Source: an uncultured Alphaproteobacteria bacterium | GTDB lineage: Bacteria > Pseudomonadota > Alphaproteobacteria > Rhizobiales > Xanthobacteraceae | DNA: 64,000 nt | NCBI GenBank assembly: GCA_963719745.1 | Contig: CAVRDC010000019.1 | Coordinates: 155,941-219,940 of the forward strand | Direction: 5' to 3' | Part shown: in pieces, positions 29,683 through 39,356 of the stretch | How positions within the stretch are numbered: the first letter of the stretch is position 1 | Layout: each line of letters begins with the position of its first letter | Made by a program: the position numbers and the translations under genes | The notes under the pieces: generated by a model | Databases searched by the model: none | What the model was told of the DNA's origin: nothing | Seen by the model: only the letters and a program-made list of their open reading frames with translations

Positions 29683-31398
29683 GGTTGGGTCCTATAAGCG
29701 GTTTGCTCGCGGTGCCGCGTAGTTTTTGTGCGACGATAGAGCAGAGAGCTGAGCCGGCTACGACAGGCAAATAAGCAGCAACAAACAAGCTGAGCATGGC
29801 GTAAAAGAGCAGGGTATCAAAGATCAACGCGGTGGGTGTCACAAGTACCGTAGCTGACGAGAAGACCGCGAGGAATACTATGACAGCGCAAGCGCGTCTG
29901 ACGTAGAAGGGCGACCATCGGGTGTCGTCGGCGGCGAGAGTTCAGAATTGAAACGGCGACGGCGAGGACAAACGCGGTCGCGTATCCCGCCGAAAAATCA
30001 AACTGGACTTTCTCTATCGACAGTGTCTCGTCCGGGATTTTCCGTAACATCCATATTTGATCGTGAGGCCTGTCGTAAAAGAAAGATTTAAGAGTGAGCC
30101 AGGGATGGGCGACGGCTATCTTGAAAAATAATCGCCGCGCCAGTTGCTCGTAGACTGCCATATCCTTCCACGGATTTATATAGATGAGGCCATCTTTGAC
30201 AAAGACGATGTCCGGCCTCGTATCGTGCCGCGCCCGCAGATCCTTCATCAAGGCATCGGGTACGATTTGATCAACGTAAGGGAGGTTCCCGTTTCCGTAG
30301 AGGCGTTGCAGCTGCGGACTGGCGCTGATCGACCCGGCCAAAAGCGGATCCCAGAACGTATGCGTCGTTGTTTCGCCTCGATAGGCAGGGTCGATCGCAA
30401 AGTGAGAATAGGCTACAAAGCCGACAAGGCCGACTGTGGTCAGAACCGCCGGCCATGTGCCCGTGATCAGCCGTCTCACCGATGGGCCGGCCTCTCGCGG
30501 TCGTCGCATCGCTCCCAACAGTGCGGCATAATCTGTAAACTGGAGTACGATGATGGGACTGGCGATGATTGCCGCCGCCTGCCAGATCGCCTGGTAACGG
30601 CAGAAAATGAGAAAAAACAGAAGAGCAGCTTGCCCAGCCGCCGCGGCGACACTCCCGAGTGTTGGCGGCGCGCGCAGCAGCACCAGTAGAAGTAAGTGCA
30701 TGGTCGGCAGTATCGCGAGTACTGGGAAGAATCTGGCTGTTGTGGATAGCCTGAAGGTGCGGAATGATCGTGTAACCAAGCATGTAATAATGGCCGATGA
30801 GATACAAAGACAAGAGAAGCATGCAGAAGGAGGATTTGCGAAAAGTGGCAAAGAACATAGCCAGCGAAGCGGCTAGCAGCATGTAGTAGAACAAAACCAA
30901 CGCATTGATATTCAACCCGAACAGCTCAAATGCAAAATAATAGTAATCCGCCAATCCTTTTTCGTTTCCGTGAAGGATGACCGGGGGCAGGCCTTCATCG
31001 ATCCGCACCCGGCTAGCAGCTTGGATCAGTTGTTCCATACGCGATCGGTCATGGGTAAGATCCGAGAGTTCCTTTTCCGTCGGGAAGACATCGGCCTCAC
31101 CGTTAAACATGGCGAGCCCGTGCTTATTGAGGTAGTCGCTGATCGAGCGGTACGCGACATAGCCATGCAGCGGCTTCGCCTGCATCCGCGACAGCGCGAT
31201 CGCCAGCGACTCGCGCCAGCGGTAGATCGGATTGTCGTACATGGAAAAATTCTGCGGCGTCGAATAGGTGCGGAAGACGCTCAGCGCCAACAGGATAAGG
31301 ATAGCAATGGGCAGGCCGATCGACGCGCCCTGGCCTTGAATGCGCGAGCCGTCGCGCCAAGCCGCTCGCGCAGCCCACGGGAGTTCTTGACTGACCAT
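29672..31398 (-). pseudogene. Tandem paralog of 28003..29682, frameshifted
   Basis: The N-terminal half is in ORF 30271..31398 and near-identical in pattern (YDNPIYRWRESLAIALSRMQ..VILHGNEKGLADYYYFAFELFGLNINALVLFYY). The middle is in ORF 29817..30851 (RFFPVLAILPTMHLLLLV..GETTTHTFWDPLLAG..AVAHPWLTLKSFFYDRPHDQ). The C-terminus (LIFDTLLFYAMLSLFVAAYLPV..) is in the third frame, with its stop at 29672..29674 overlapping the downstream start. Confidence 0.7.
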
Positions 31399-31454
31399 GG
31401 CTTCGTCCTAAGAGCGGCGGTCGGCCCTCCGATTGCCGCCGAACGATGGATCGC

Positions 31455-32458
31455 TCAACTGCCGCGAGCTTCGAGAAACCACCTTATCGTTCGCTCAAGT
31501 CCCTGTTCAAGCGAAACCGTCGAGTGCCAACCGAGACGCGTGTGTGCCTTGGTCGTGTCCGAATAGTTCCGCTTGACATCGCCGATCCGTGAACTGCGCA
31601 TAGCGGATCACCGGTGGGACGATGCCGCAGGCCGTTAGCTCCTTCGCGAGCTTGGTCGCCAGCTCGAGCACTGTTGTTTCGCCGTTGCTGGCGATCTGAA
31701 ATACCTCGCCGCCGACCGCGTCGGCTGTGGCCGCCAGGATAATCGCCTCGGCAATATCCTCGACAAAGATAAAATCTCGCGTCTGATTGCCATCGCCGTA
31801 GATTTCCCAGCTTGCTCCCGCCAGCGCTTCGCGGATGAATTTCGCCACGACGCTGCTTTTGTGTTTCGACAGCGGGCCATAGCAATTGCCAAAACGCAGG
31901 GCAACGGTTTCGATGCCAAAGCTCCGCGCGTAGGCGGAACAATAGGCTTCGCCTGCGAGTTTACTGGCGCCGTATGGCGATACCGGATGCGCCGGTAGCT
32001 CCTCGGTGAATCGGCGGAGGACACTCGCCGATCGGAGCGCCGCTGGAAGCGAAACACGAAGCACTTTACGCCATTGTGCCGGCATGCCTCGAGGTAGTTC
32101 AACGTCCCAAGGACGTTGGTGGTGCAGTCCCGCATCGGATCTTCGACCGAGGGGGCCAACGCCGGTGTTGGCGGCGAGATGAACCACAACATCAGCTCCC
32201 ACCGCGACGCGCCTCGCAACTTCGGCGTCTCGGATGTCGGCTTTAACGAATTCCACCGGCGAGCGCCGCCAATCGGCCCATCGCACACTCGTGTCATCCA
32301 CCTTGACCTCGGAAAAGCCGGTTACGGCGTGCAGACTCATCGCGCGTTCCCGTCGAGACGTCGTCGATGATCCGAAAAACAGTGTTTGGCTCGCGCGACG
32401 CACGGCGCAGCAGATTGCGGCCGATGAAACCGCAGCCCCCGGTGATCAGCCAGCGCAT
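31455..32458 (-). pseudogene. NAD-dependent sugar epimerase/dehydratase (SDR), multiply frameshifted
   Basis: MRWLITGGCGFIGRNL (in the tail of the ORF 32294..33646 frame). VVHLAANTGVGP, PVSPYGASKLAGEAY and FGNCYGP (ORF 31507..32403). MRDCTTNVLGTLNYLEACRHNGVKCFVF (ORF 31635..32297). The end GDVKRNYSDTTKAHTRLGWHSTVSLEQGLERTIRWFLEARGS* is in the third frame (stop 31455..31457). Confidence 0.7.
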
Positions 32459-32460
32459 GC

Positions 32461-33610
32461 TTAACGCCAACGCACGCGCGGCAGGATGCGATCCGCAACG
32501 ATGCGATCGCGGTACGCGCTCACTCGATCGAGCATTTCGGCGATGATCTCGTCGGTCATCAAATGCGGCTGCAACCCGAGCTCGCGCAGGCCGTGATGAG
32601 CCGGGTTGTAATAGTGCTTTTCCTGCTCCTTGCGCGGATTGTCGAGGTGCTGGATCTCGACCGGCAATCCCATGCCGGCGCCGACGCGCTTGATCCGTTC
32701 GGCCAGATCGTTGACTGAGAACGTCTCGGTGAATTGATTCAGGATTCGCAGTTCGCCCTTGCGCGGCGGATTGGCCGCGGCAAGCGCAATGCACTGTAGC
32801 GTGTCGCGAAGATTGAGATAGCCGCGAACCTGACCGCCTTTGCCATAGACCGTCAGCGGAACGCCCGCAACCGCCTGCACCAAGAAACGGTTCACGACGG
32901 TGCCGAAGATGTCGTCGTAGTGAAAGTTCGGCGTCAGCTGCGGATGAATGTCTGCCTCGTCGGTCGACAAGCCGTAGACCGGCCCCTGCATGAGATCGGT
33001 GACGCTCAGGCCGTAAATGCGCACATAGAACCACAGAAGGTCGGTGTCCAGCACCTTGGTGGTGTGATACAGGCTGCCCGCCTGCCGTGGATACAGGAAG
33101 CGGTCGCGGCGGCCCTTGTGCTCGATGTCGATCCAGCCCTCCTCGATGTCGATGTTGGGCGTGCCGTATTCGCCCATGGTGCCAAGCTTGATGATGTGAC
33201 AATCGGGGGCGTGTCGCAGCACTGCCCAGATAACGTTGAGCGTCGCTATGATTATTGGACAGGGTGGCGCGCGCCTCTTCATAGCCGATCATCGAATACG
33301 GCGCGGATGGCTGCTCGGCATAGTGTACAACGGCATCCGGCGCGAAGCGCCGGAACTGCTCGCAAAGAAAATCAAAATCGCAGCAGTCGCCCTCGACAGC
33401 GGCGATCGAATGGATTCCGGTCATCTGGCGGAAGATGGCGGCTCGTTCCGGCAATTTCGGGTTCGGAAACAAGGCGTCGGACTGCGTCTGCGCGGCCATG
33501 TGCCGCCGCAAATAATTGTCGATGGCCAGAACCTCATGGCCAACGCGCCGGAAAGCCATAGCGGTCGGCCAGCCAAGGTAACCGTCGCCGCCGAGAATCA
33601 TGATGCGCAT
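32461..33610 (-). pseudogene. sqdB: UDP-sulfoquinovose synthase (SQD1/SqdB)-like SDR with one frameshift
   Basis: MRIMILGGDGYLGWPTAM..VHYAEQPSAPYSM (ORF 32294..33646 frame), then KLGTMGEYGTPNIDIEEGWIDI..YHTTKV..LTVYGKGGQVRGYLNLRDTLQC..NQFTETFSVNDLA..NPRKEQEKHYYN (ORF 32461..33282). It is collinear with plant SQD1 as I remember that sequence. The frame change is near 33270. Confidence 0.7.
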
Positions 33611-33677
33611 GAAAAACTCACGGTAAGGCGTGGCGGCGTCCCGCAAAGCGGGTGCGCGAACGGGGGCCTGCAGCCCA

Positions 33678-34728
33678 TCAACCTGCCCGCAGCAGCGTCG
33701 GGTGACTGCGGAGGTATTCTCTCAGCTCATCCTTGGACATGGAATTGGCAGTCTTGCTGTTGTAGGGCCGGCACGGGGGCCCCGCCAAATGCATTTCCGG
33801 ATATACGTAGTCGATATTGCGGAAGCTTGGCAATATTGCCGGCCGAATCACAAAGTATTTCGGTAGTTCGATGGCGCGCTGAATCTCTTCCTCGCTCATC
33901 AGCTCTTCGTACATTTTCTCGCCCGGTCTCGGCCCAATGGTCTCGATAGCAATGTCGCTCGGCCGATAACCATATTCGGCTGCTAGCTCCTCGATCATGA
34001 TCTCGGCGAGGTCGATAATCCGCAACACCGGCATCTTGGTGACGAAAATCTCGCCGCCCCAGGCGAGGAACAGCGAATCCATGACGAGACCGACGGCTTC
34101 GTCCAGCGTCATGATGAAACGGGTCATTTCGGCGCTTGTCAGCGTGACCGGGCCGCCCATGCTGATCTGGCGGATGAACAGCGGAATGACCGAGCCGCGC
34201 GAGCCCAGCACATTGCCGAAACGGGTGGCGGCAAAAACCTGCTTGCCGAGCCGGGATGCGCGCGTTGGCGGCGCTGACCAGGCGTTCCGCCATCAGCTTC
34301 GAGGTCCCCATCACGTTGGTCGGGTTCACGGCCTTGTCCGAAGAGGTCAGCAACAGCCGCTCCACTCCCGTGCTCACCGCCGCATCGATGATGTTCTGGG
34401 TGCCCAGGATGTTGGCGTGAATAGCGGCAAAAGGGGACTCTTCGCACAAAAAGACATGCTTCACCGCCGCCGCATGCAGCACGATCTCGCAGCCGGCGAT
34501 CCGGAATTCCACCTCTCGTTCGTCGCGCAGATCGGCGGTGTACAATTTGACAACCGAATTCTTTCGATACTCGTCGTACAGGAAGAACAGCTCGCTCTCG
34601 TTGTTGTCGAGCCCAATCACCTGCTTGGGCGCGAGTTTGACCACGCGCTCCAGGAGCTTGCGTCCAATCGTTCCGCACACGCCGCTAATGAACCACGAGC
34701 GACCAAACATGCTGGACGCTTGCGCCAT
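33678..34728 (-). pseudogene. CapD/PseB/FlaA1-type polysaccharide biosynthesis protein (short-form NDP-sugar 4,6-dehydratase/epimerase) with one frameshift
   Basis: ISGVCGTIGRKL..VLHAAAVKHV..NILGTQNIIDAA..LLLTSSDKAVNPTNVMGTSKLMAE (ORF 33727..34782), continuing as GSRGSVIPLFIRQI..GGPVTLTSAEMTRFIMTLDEAV..GEIFVTKMP (ORF 33678..34211). The shift is near 34230. Confidence 0.7.
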
Positions 34729-35111
34729 CGCGGCGCTTTCCGGCTTGACGTTGGTTCGCTGATTCATCAACTTCGTACACACGAGTTGGCATGATAGCGC
34801 ATTCTGGGTTCCTTATCTGCAATCCATCGCCCGGATAATTCGGCTACGCAAGCCGGCACGCCCAAAGCGGGCCGGTCCTCTGCCAATGTGGAATTTTTGA
34901 TGCCCGCGGTGATTGTGCATTCGCCGAGTGACGCATCAGAGTGCCTCAACCAACTTTACATTATTCCATGACAGGGGTCAGCTGAAAATTCTGCCAATCG
35001 CTCGCTCCTTGCACGGCCAGCGACCCTTTGCTAGCATGAAAGCCGCCGTTGCGACGGTGCAAATTGCTATTCACATCGTGCGGCACCTTCCAAGTCCCCC
35101 TCCGGCGCTGA

Positions 35112-37448
35112 ATGATAGATTCATCAAATTCGAGCTCGTCTCCTAAGACTTTGGGCCCAGTGAGGTTCGCCGACAAATCAGGTTTGGGTATTTTTTCGCT
35201 TCTAATCTCTGCGGCGGTCCTGGGAGTGCTGTCGTCTGGCATCATTCGGACCGACGGCATCCCTAACGGTGATGGCGTGCGGTTCTTCAGGTTCGTCGAA
35301 TTCATTCGCGGCGCTGCTCATGGCTTTGCTTTCTGGAATCCGTTTCGAAATGGGGGATATCCGTTATTTGCCGAGCCGGAGCAACCCTGGCATCTGGTAT
35401 TATTGGTCAACCCGGCGAGTCCTAATGCCTACCTTGAATTCAACCTCGCTCTCTTTGCCGCAGTCCTGGTCTGCGTTGCAGTGCCGGTTTGGTTGATTGG
35501 TCGCAAGCTCAACTTCTCGCCGTTTTGGACGATCGTCCTGGTGATAACAGTTGGCTACAACGAATGGATGATCTGGACGGAACTGTCGGGGCGTTCCGAT
35601 GCTGTGATAAGCTATTGGGCGCTAATCATGATCGTGTGGGTGTTTCTTTTCGAGCGCTTTCGCCCCTGGCACTATGCGGTTCTGGTCGTCTGCGTTGCGG
35701 TGGCGATAGGAGAGCTTGTACAGAAGGCGATACTGCATTGCCTCGTCATTTATGCGGGCTTGCTGTTACTGGAGGGTCCCCCATGGCCGGCTTGGCGCCG
35801 CCTCTTGCATGCAACAGGTTCCGCGATAGCGATTTCATTGGCGGGGCTTTGCCTGTCCGCTGTTTTGTCCCTTCCGTTGATTGTATGGTTCTCCACTTCG
35901 CATACCCCAGCTTCCGCTTTGACATACGATCCGATGACGCCTGACAGCATCCTGGAGTATGGGCGCATTGTGGTGCCATTTGTTCCGTCCGACGGCGAGT
36001 TTGTTACGTTCACCTCCTTAATCCTCATTCCGGCCTTGGTCCTGCTCGGACTTGGAAGCCCTGCGGAGTTGATCAGACGACTCGTCTTGATAGGGTGTCC
36101 CATCTACCTGTGGACTGCTTTTTATGTTGCCATGTCGCTGCCTGTCATCGGCGGGCGCTTGGCCAGCCTTTACAGCAAATTCCCGCTGATTGCCGCAATT
36201 CGATGGTTTCCTCCGTTAGAGGTACTATCGATGTTGTTGTTGGCGATTGGTGCAATGGGTGTTCTCCAGAGCTGCGAAAATCGTCGTATCGGCGAGGTCG
36301 GTTGGAAATCTCGCGCGCTGCTAGGCGGGTACTTCGCGCTTTGCGCAGCGTTCGCGGTCTGGCACGGCGTGAAGTGCAGCGAAGCGCTGGCCAGTCTTGC
36401 AGGCGTGCTGCTCGCAGCGCTCGCGCTCTACTGCTTGGCGAGCGCGAGCGGCCATTTGGCGGTCGGGCGGGTGGAGGCGTTGAAAATCAGATCGTTCGTT
36501 GTCGTGCTTGTGGCGATTACGGTCATAGCCGCGCGCGGTGCGGGTTACCATTGGGGACAGGAGTGGCCTTTCGCCCAGACCGGGCCGCAACTGCCGAAAT
36601 TGGACAATATCGTGAATAGTGACCCGGCGCCGTACCTTAAATACTTGCAGGTTCACGCCAACAATTTGTGGCTCGAACAGCGCAAGCGTGCAGTGCACAC
36701 AATAACCGCCTACTTTCCGAAAGCACTAACCTACTCGCTGATCTACTTAAATCCGCAGCAAGACATCAGCATGCCGCGTCCCCACTGGCTCAGGAGGAGC
36801 GACTGCGACGCGTTCGATCCCGTGGCGCTCGACCTTCTCGGTGTCAAATACGTCATTTGTGCGCGTGCACCGTTGACGTCTTCAAATTGGCAGGTTGTAG
36901 CCGCGCAAGGTGGGCAGACACTGTACCGCCGCGTCAATTACGATGGCGGCATTCGGCTTTACTGCCGCTGGCGTGAGGTGAGCGCAGAATCCCCTTTGCG
37001 TGCTCGCGATACCGTGTTGCAGGCGTTCAGGGACGGTGTTGCGCTGGTGTCGGCCGAAGATGCTGACGGCATGCCGACCCCCGATCCCGATTGTCAGAGT
37101 GCGGCCCAGCCAATTAGCGCAGTCGATTTGCTTGAGGATCGCCCCGGGCGGATGGTGCTCAGTGTCACCGCCGAGCGGGCCGGCATCCTGGTCATTCCCG
37201 ACAATTATGCTCCCGGCTGGCGCGCATGGATCAACGGCAAGGAAGCAAGAACTCTGAAAGTTTACCACGCCTATCTTGGTGTGGGCGTCGAGCCGGGTCG
37301 GAACACGATCCAGTTTGTCTTTCGCGACAACTACTTTTGCCTCGGGCTGGCAATCTCGGTCATCACAGCGATCGGGCTCGCGCTCTATCTGGCAATTTGT
37401 GGCCGTTGTGTGGAATCGGGCGAACCGGGTCCTGTCCGGGTTTCTTGA
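35112..37448 (+). CDS. YfhO-like polytopic membrane glycosyltransferase (GT-C type) with a C-terminal extracytoplasmic domain
   Basis: 778-aa uninterrupted ORF with many helices. The C-terminal block GILVIPDNYAPGWRAWINGKEARTLKVYHAYLGVGVEPGRNTIQFVFRDNYF and a final helix match the YfhO-family pattern as I remember it. Confidence 0.5.
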   Translation: MIDSSNSSSSPKTLGPVRFADKSGLGIFSLLISAAVLGVLSSGIIRTDGIPNGDGVRFFRFVEFIRGAAHGFAFWNPFRNGGYPLFAEPEQPWHLVLLVNPASPNAYLEFNLALFAAVLVCVAVPVWLIGRKLNFSPFWTIVLVITVGYNEWMIWTELSGRSDAVISYWALIMIVWVFLFERFRPWHYAVLVVCVAVAIGELVQKAILHCLVIYAGLLLLEGPPWPAWRRLLHATGSAIAISLAGLCLSAVLSLPLIVWFSTSHTPASALTYDPMTPDSILEYGRIVVPFVPSDGEFVTFTSLILIPALVLLGLGSPAELIRRLVLIGCPIYLWTAFYVAMSLPVIGGRLASLYSKFPLIAAIRWFPPLEVLSMLLLAIGAMGVLQSCENRRIGEVGWKSRALLGGYFALCAAFAVWHGVKCSEALASLAGVLLAALALYCLASASGHLAVGRVEALKIRSFVVVLVAITVIAARGAGYHWGQEWPFAQTGPQLPKLDNIVNSDPAPYLKYLQVHANNLWLEQRKRAVHTITAYFPKALTYSLIYLNPQQDISMPRPHWLRRSDCDAFDPVALDLLGVKYVICARAPLTSSNWQVVAAQGGQTLYRRVNYDGGIRLYCRWREVSAESPLRARDTVLQAFRDGVALVSAEDADGMPTPDPDCQSAAQPISAVDLLEDRPGRMVLSVTAERAGILVIPDNYAPGWRAWINGKEARTLKVYHAYLGVGVEPGRNTIQFVFRDNYFCLGLAISVITAIGLALYLAICGRCVESGEPGPVRVS

Positions 37449-37679
37449 GGAGACAAAAAATTCGCCTAACATTAGACGCTGGTCGTGGTGAGTGCACGTG
37501 ACAGGCTTCGTCTTGTCCGCGCTTGCATGTGGGGCTTCACCACAAGGCCTGCGCGTCTTGAATCAGCAGGCAAGTCTTGATCGTGCTCGGCAATTGCGAA
37601 TGATCACGCAGTAATCTATCGTTCTACATTGCAATTTCAATTATTCTGGCCCGCGACGTATCGCGCGGATGGATGCGAA

Positions 37680-38333
37680 ATGTCGTTCAAGGATATTCTC
37701 GTAGTTCCGCAAGTGTACCAGATGCTCCAGGAGCTGGGCGGTTTTTATGCTGGGCAATTAAAGGCCATCGAGAAGTATTTGAAGCCCAAGACCGGAGACC
37801 GCGTCATTGATATTGGTTGCGGGCCCGGTTATTTGGCGCGCGATCTGCCGAATGGCGTCGACTACTTAGGTTTCGATCCAGATAGGCGTTACATCGCGTT
37901 TGCAAGTCGGAGATTTGCCGGGCGCGGTCAATTCTTCTGCCGCCAGTTCGACCACGCGGCGGCGCGGACGTTCGGACCGGTCGACATCGTGACGATGAAC
38001 GGGGTCTTGCATCATCTTTCGGGTGAGGAAGCTGCGGCAACTCTTTCCGCTATATATGACGTTCTACGGCCCGGCGGGACGCTCTTTACGCTCGATGGGG
38101 CTTACATTCCGGGCCAGCCATGGTTTTCACGCTTCATGCTGGACCATGACCGAGGCCGTTATGTTCGAACGCCCGGGCAGTATATCGAGCTCCTTGGAGG
38201 TGCATTCGAGAGTATCGAGTTCCACGTCCACGAGGACCTTTCATGGGCTCCATATACATTCTTTATCGCGGTGTCGCGGAAGGCGGACCTGCAACCTACT
38301 GAAAGCTCACAGCTAGCTGTGAGCCTTCAGTAG
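37680..38333 (+). CDS. Class I SAM-dependent methyltransferase; the last codons are supplied by the IS481 left end
   Basis: VIDIGCGPGYLARDL, MNGVLHHL and LRPGGTLFTLDG motifs. The stop TAG 38331..38333 lies inside the IS481 inverted repeat. Confidence 0.65.
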   Translation: MSFKDILVVPQVYQMLQELGGFYAGQLKAIEKYLKPKTGDRVIDIGCGPGYLARDLPNGVDYLGFDPDRRYIAFASRRFAGRGQFFCRQFDHAAARTFGPVDIVTMNGVLHHLSGEEAAATLSAIYDVLRPGGTLFTLDGAYIPGQPWFSRFMLDHDRGRYVRTPGQYIELLGGAFESIEFHVHEDLSWAPYTFFIAVSRKADLQPTESSQLAVSLQ

Positions 38334-39356
38334 GTTGTCCATCCGGTTCTGGCCGAGGAAGCTGAGGTTGCTGAAGCTTCAAATTCCAAGGGAGAACCGG
38401 ATGAACATGCATAAGAATGCCCGGCTGACGCCGCGCGGTCGAGAGCGGATTGTACGGCGGGTCGAGAGCGGGCAGACGGCGGAGGCCGTGTCCGAAGCCG
38501 CAGGCGTCGGCCCGCGGACGGTTCGCAAATGGGTTGATCGATATCGCCGCGAGGGATTGGCGGGATTGCAGGATCGCTCATCCCGGCCGCATCGGCTGCA
38601 TCGGGCGACGCCTCAGGCGGTTGTGGCGGAGATCGAACGGCTTCGCCGCCAGCGCTGGATAGGCAACCAGATCGCCGCGGAAGTAGGTGTCTCGCCAGCC
38701 ACCGTCAGCCGTGTTCTGCGTCGGTTGGGGTTGAATAAGTTGAGTGCTCTGGAACCGGCCGAACCGGTCCGGCGTTATGAGCGCGAAAACCCAGGCGAGC
38801 TCATCCACATCGATATCAAGAAGCTCGGCCGGATCGGCTCCGTGGGGCACCGCATCACAGGGCGATATCCCGGCGCGGTCAATCGTCACCACGGCATCGA
38901 TTGGGAGTTCGTCCACGTCTGCATCAATGATGCCTCGCGCGTCGCCTTCGTGGAGGTCTTGGCCAATCAGCGCAAAGAAAGCTCTGTCGCCTTCCTGGAG
39001 GCCGCCGTTACCTATTACGCCAAGCTCGGAATCCGCATCGAGCGCGTGATGACGGACAATGGCTCCTGCTACCGGTCAAAGACTTTCCGAGCAGCCTGCA
39101 AACGCCTCGGCCTTCGCCAAATCTTCACAAAGCCGTATACGCCGAAGACCAACGGCAAGGCCGAGCGCTTCATCCAAACCGCGCTGCGCGAATGGGCCTA
39201 TGCACGCGCCTATCAGAACTCCGACCAACGATCCGCCGAACTGCTCGAGTGGCTCCGTCGCTACAATTGGCATCGACCACATGGTAGCTTGAAAGCCAAC
39301 ACGCCCATCAGTTGCCTCGGCCTATCCGAGGACAACCTGTTGAGGCTCCACAGCTG
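38318..39356 (+). mobile_element. IS481-family insertion sequence with a 6-bp GCTAGC target duplication
   Basis: IRL TGTGAGCCTTCAGTAGGTTGTCC (38318..38340) against the reverse complement of 39330..39352, TGTGGAGCCTCAACAGGTTGTCC. GCTAGC occurs at 38312..38317 and 39357..39362, matching the NCTAGN-type duplications known for IS481. The right boundary is uncertain by 4 nt. Confidence 0.7.

Noticed and set aside
32294-33646. 450-aa ORF spanning the SqdB-like gene
   Set aside because: Only its first ~120 residues (SqdB N-terminus) and last ~55 residues (N-terminus of the next SDR gene) are real. The middle is an out-of-frame, Arg/Pro-rich reading of the SqdB-like gene.
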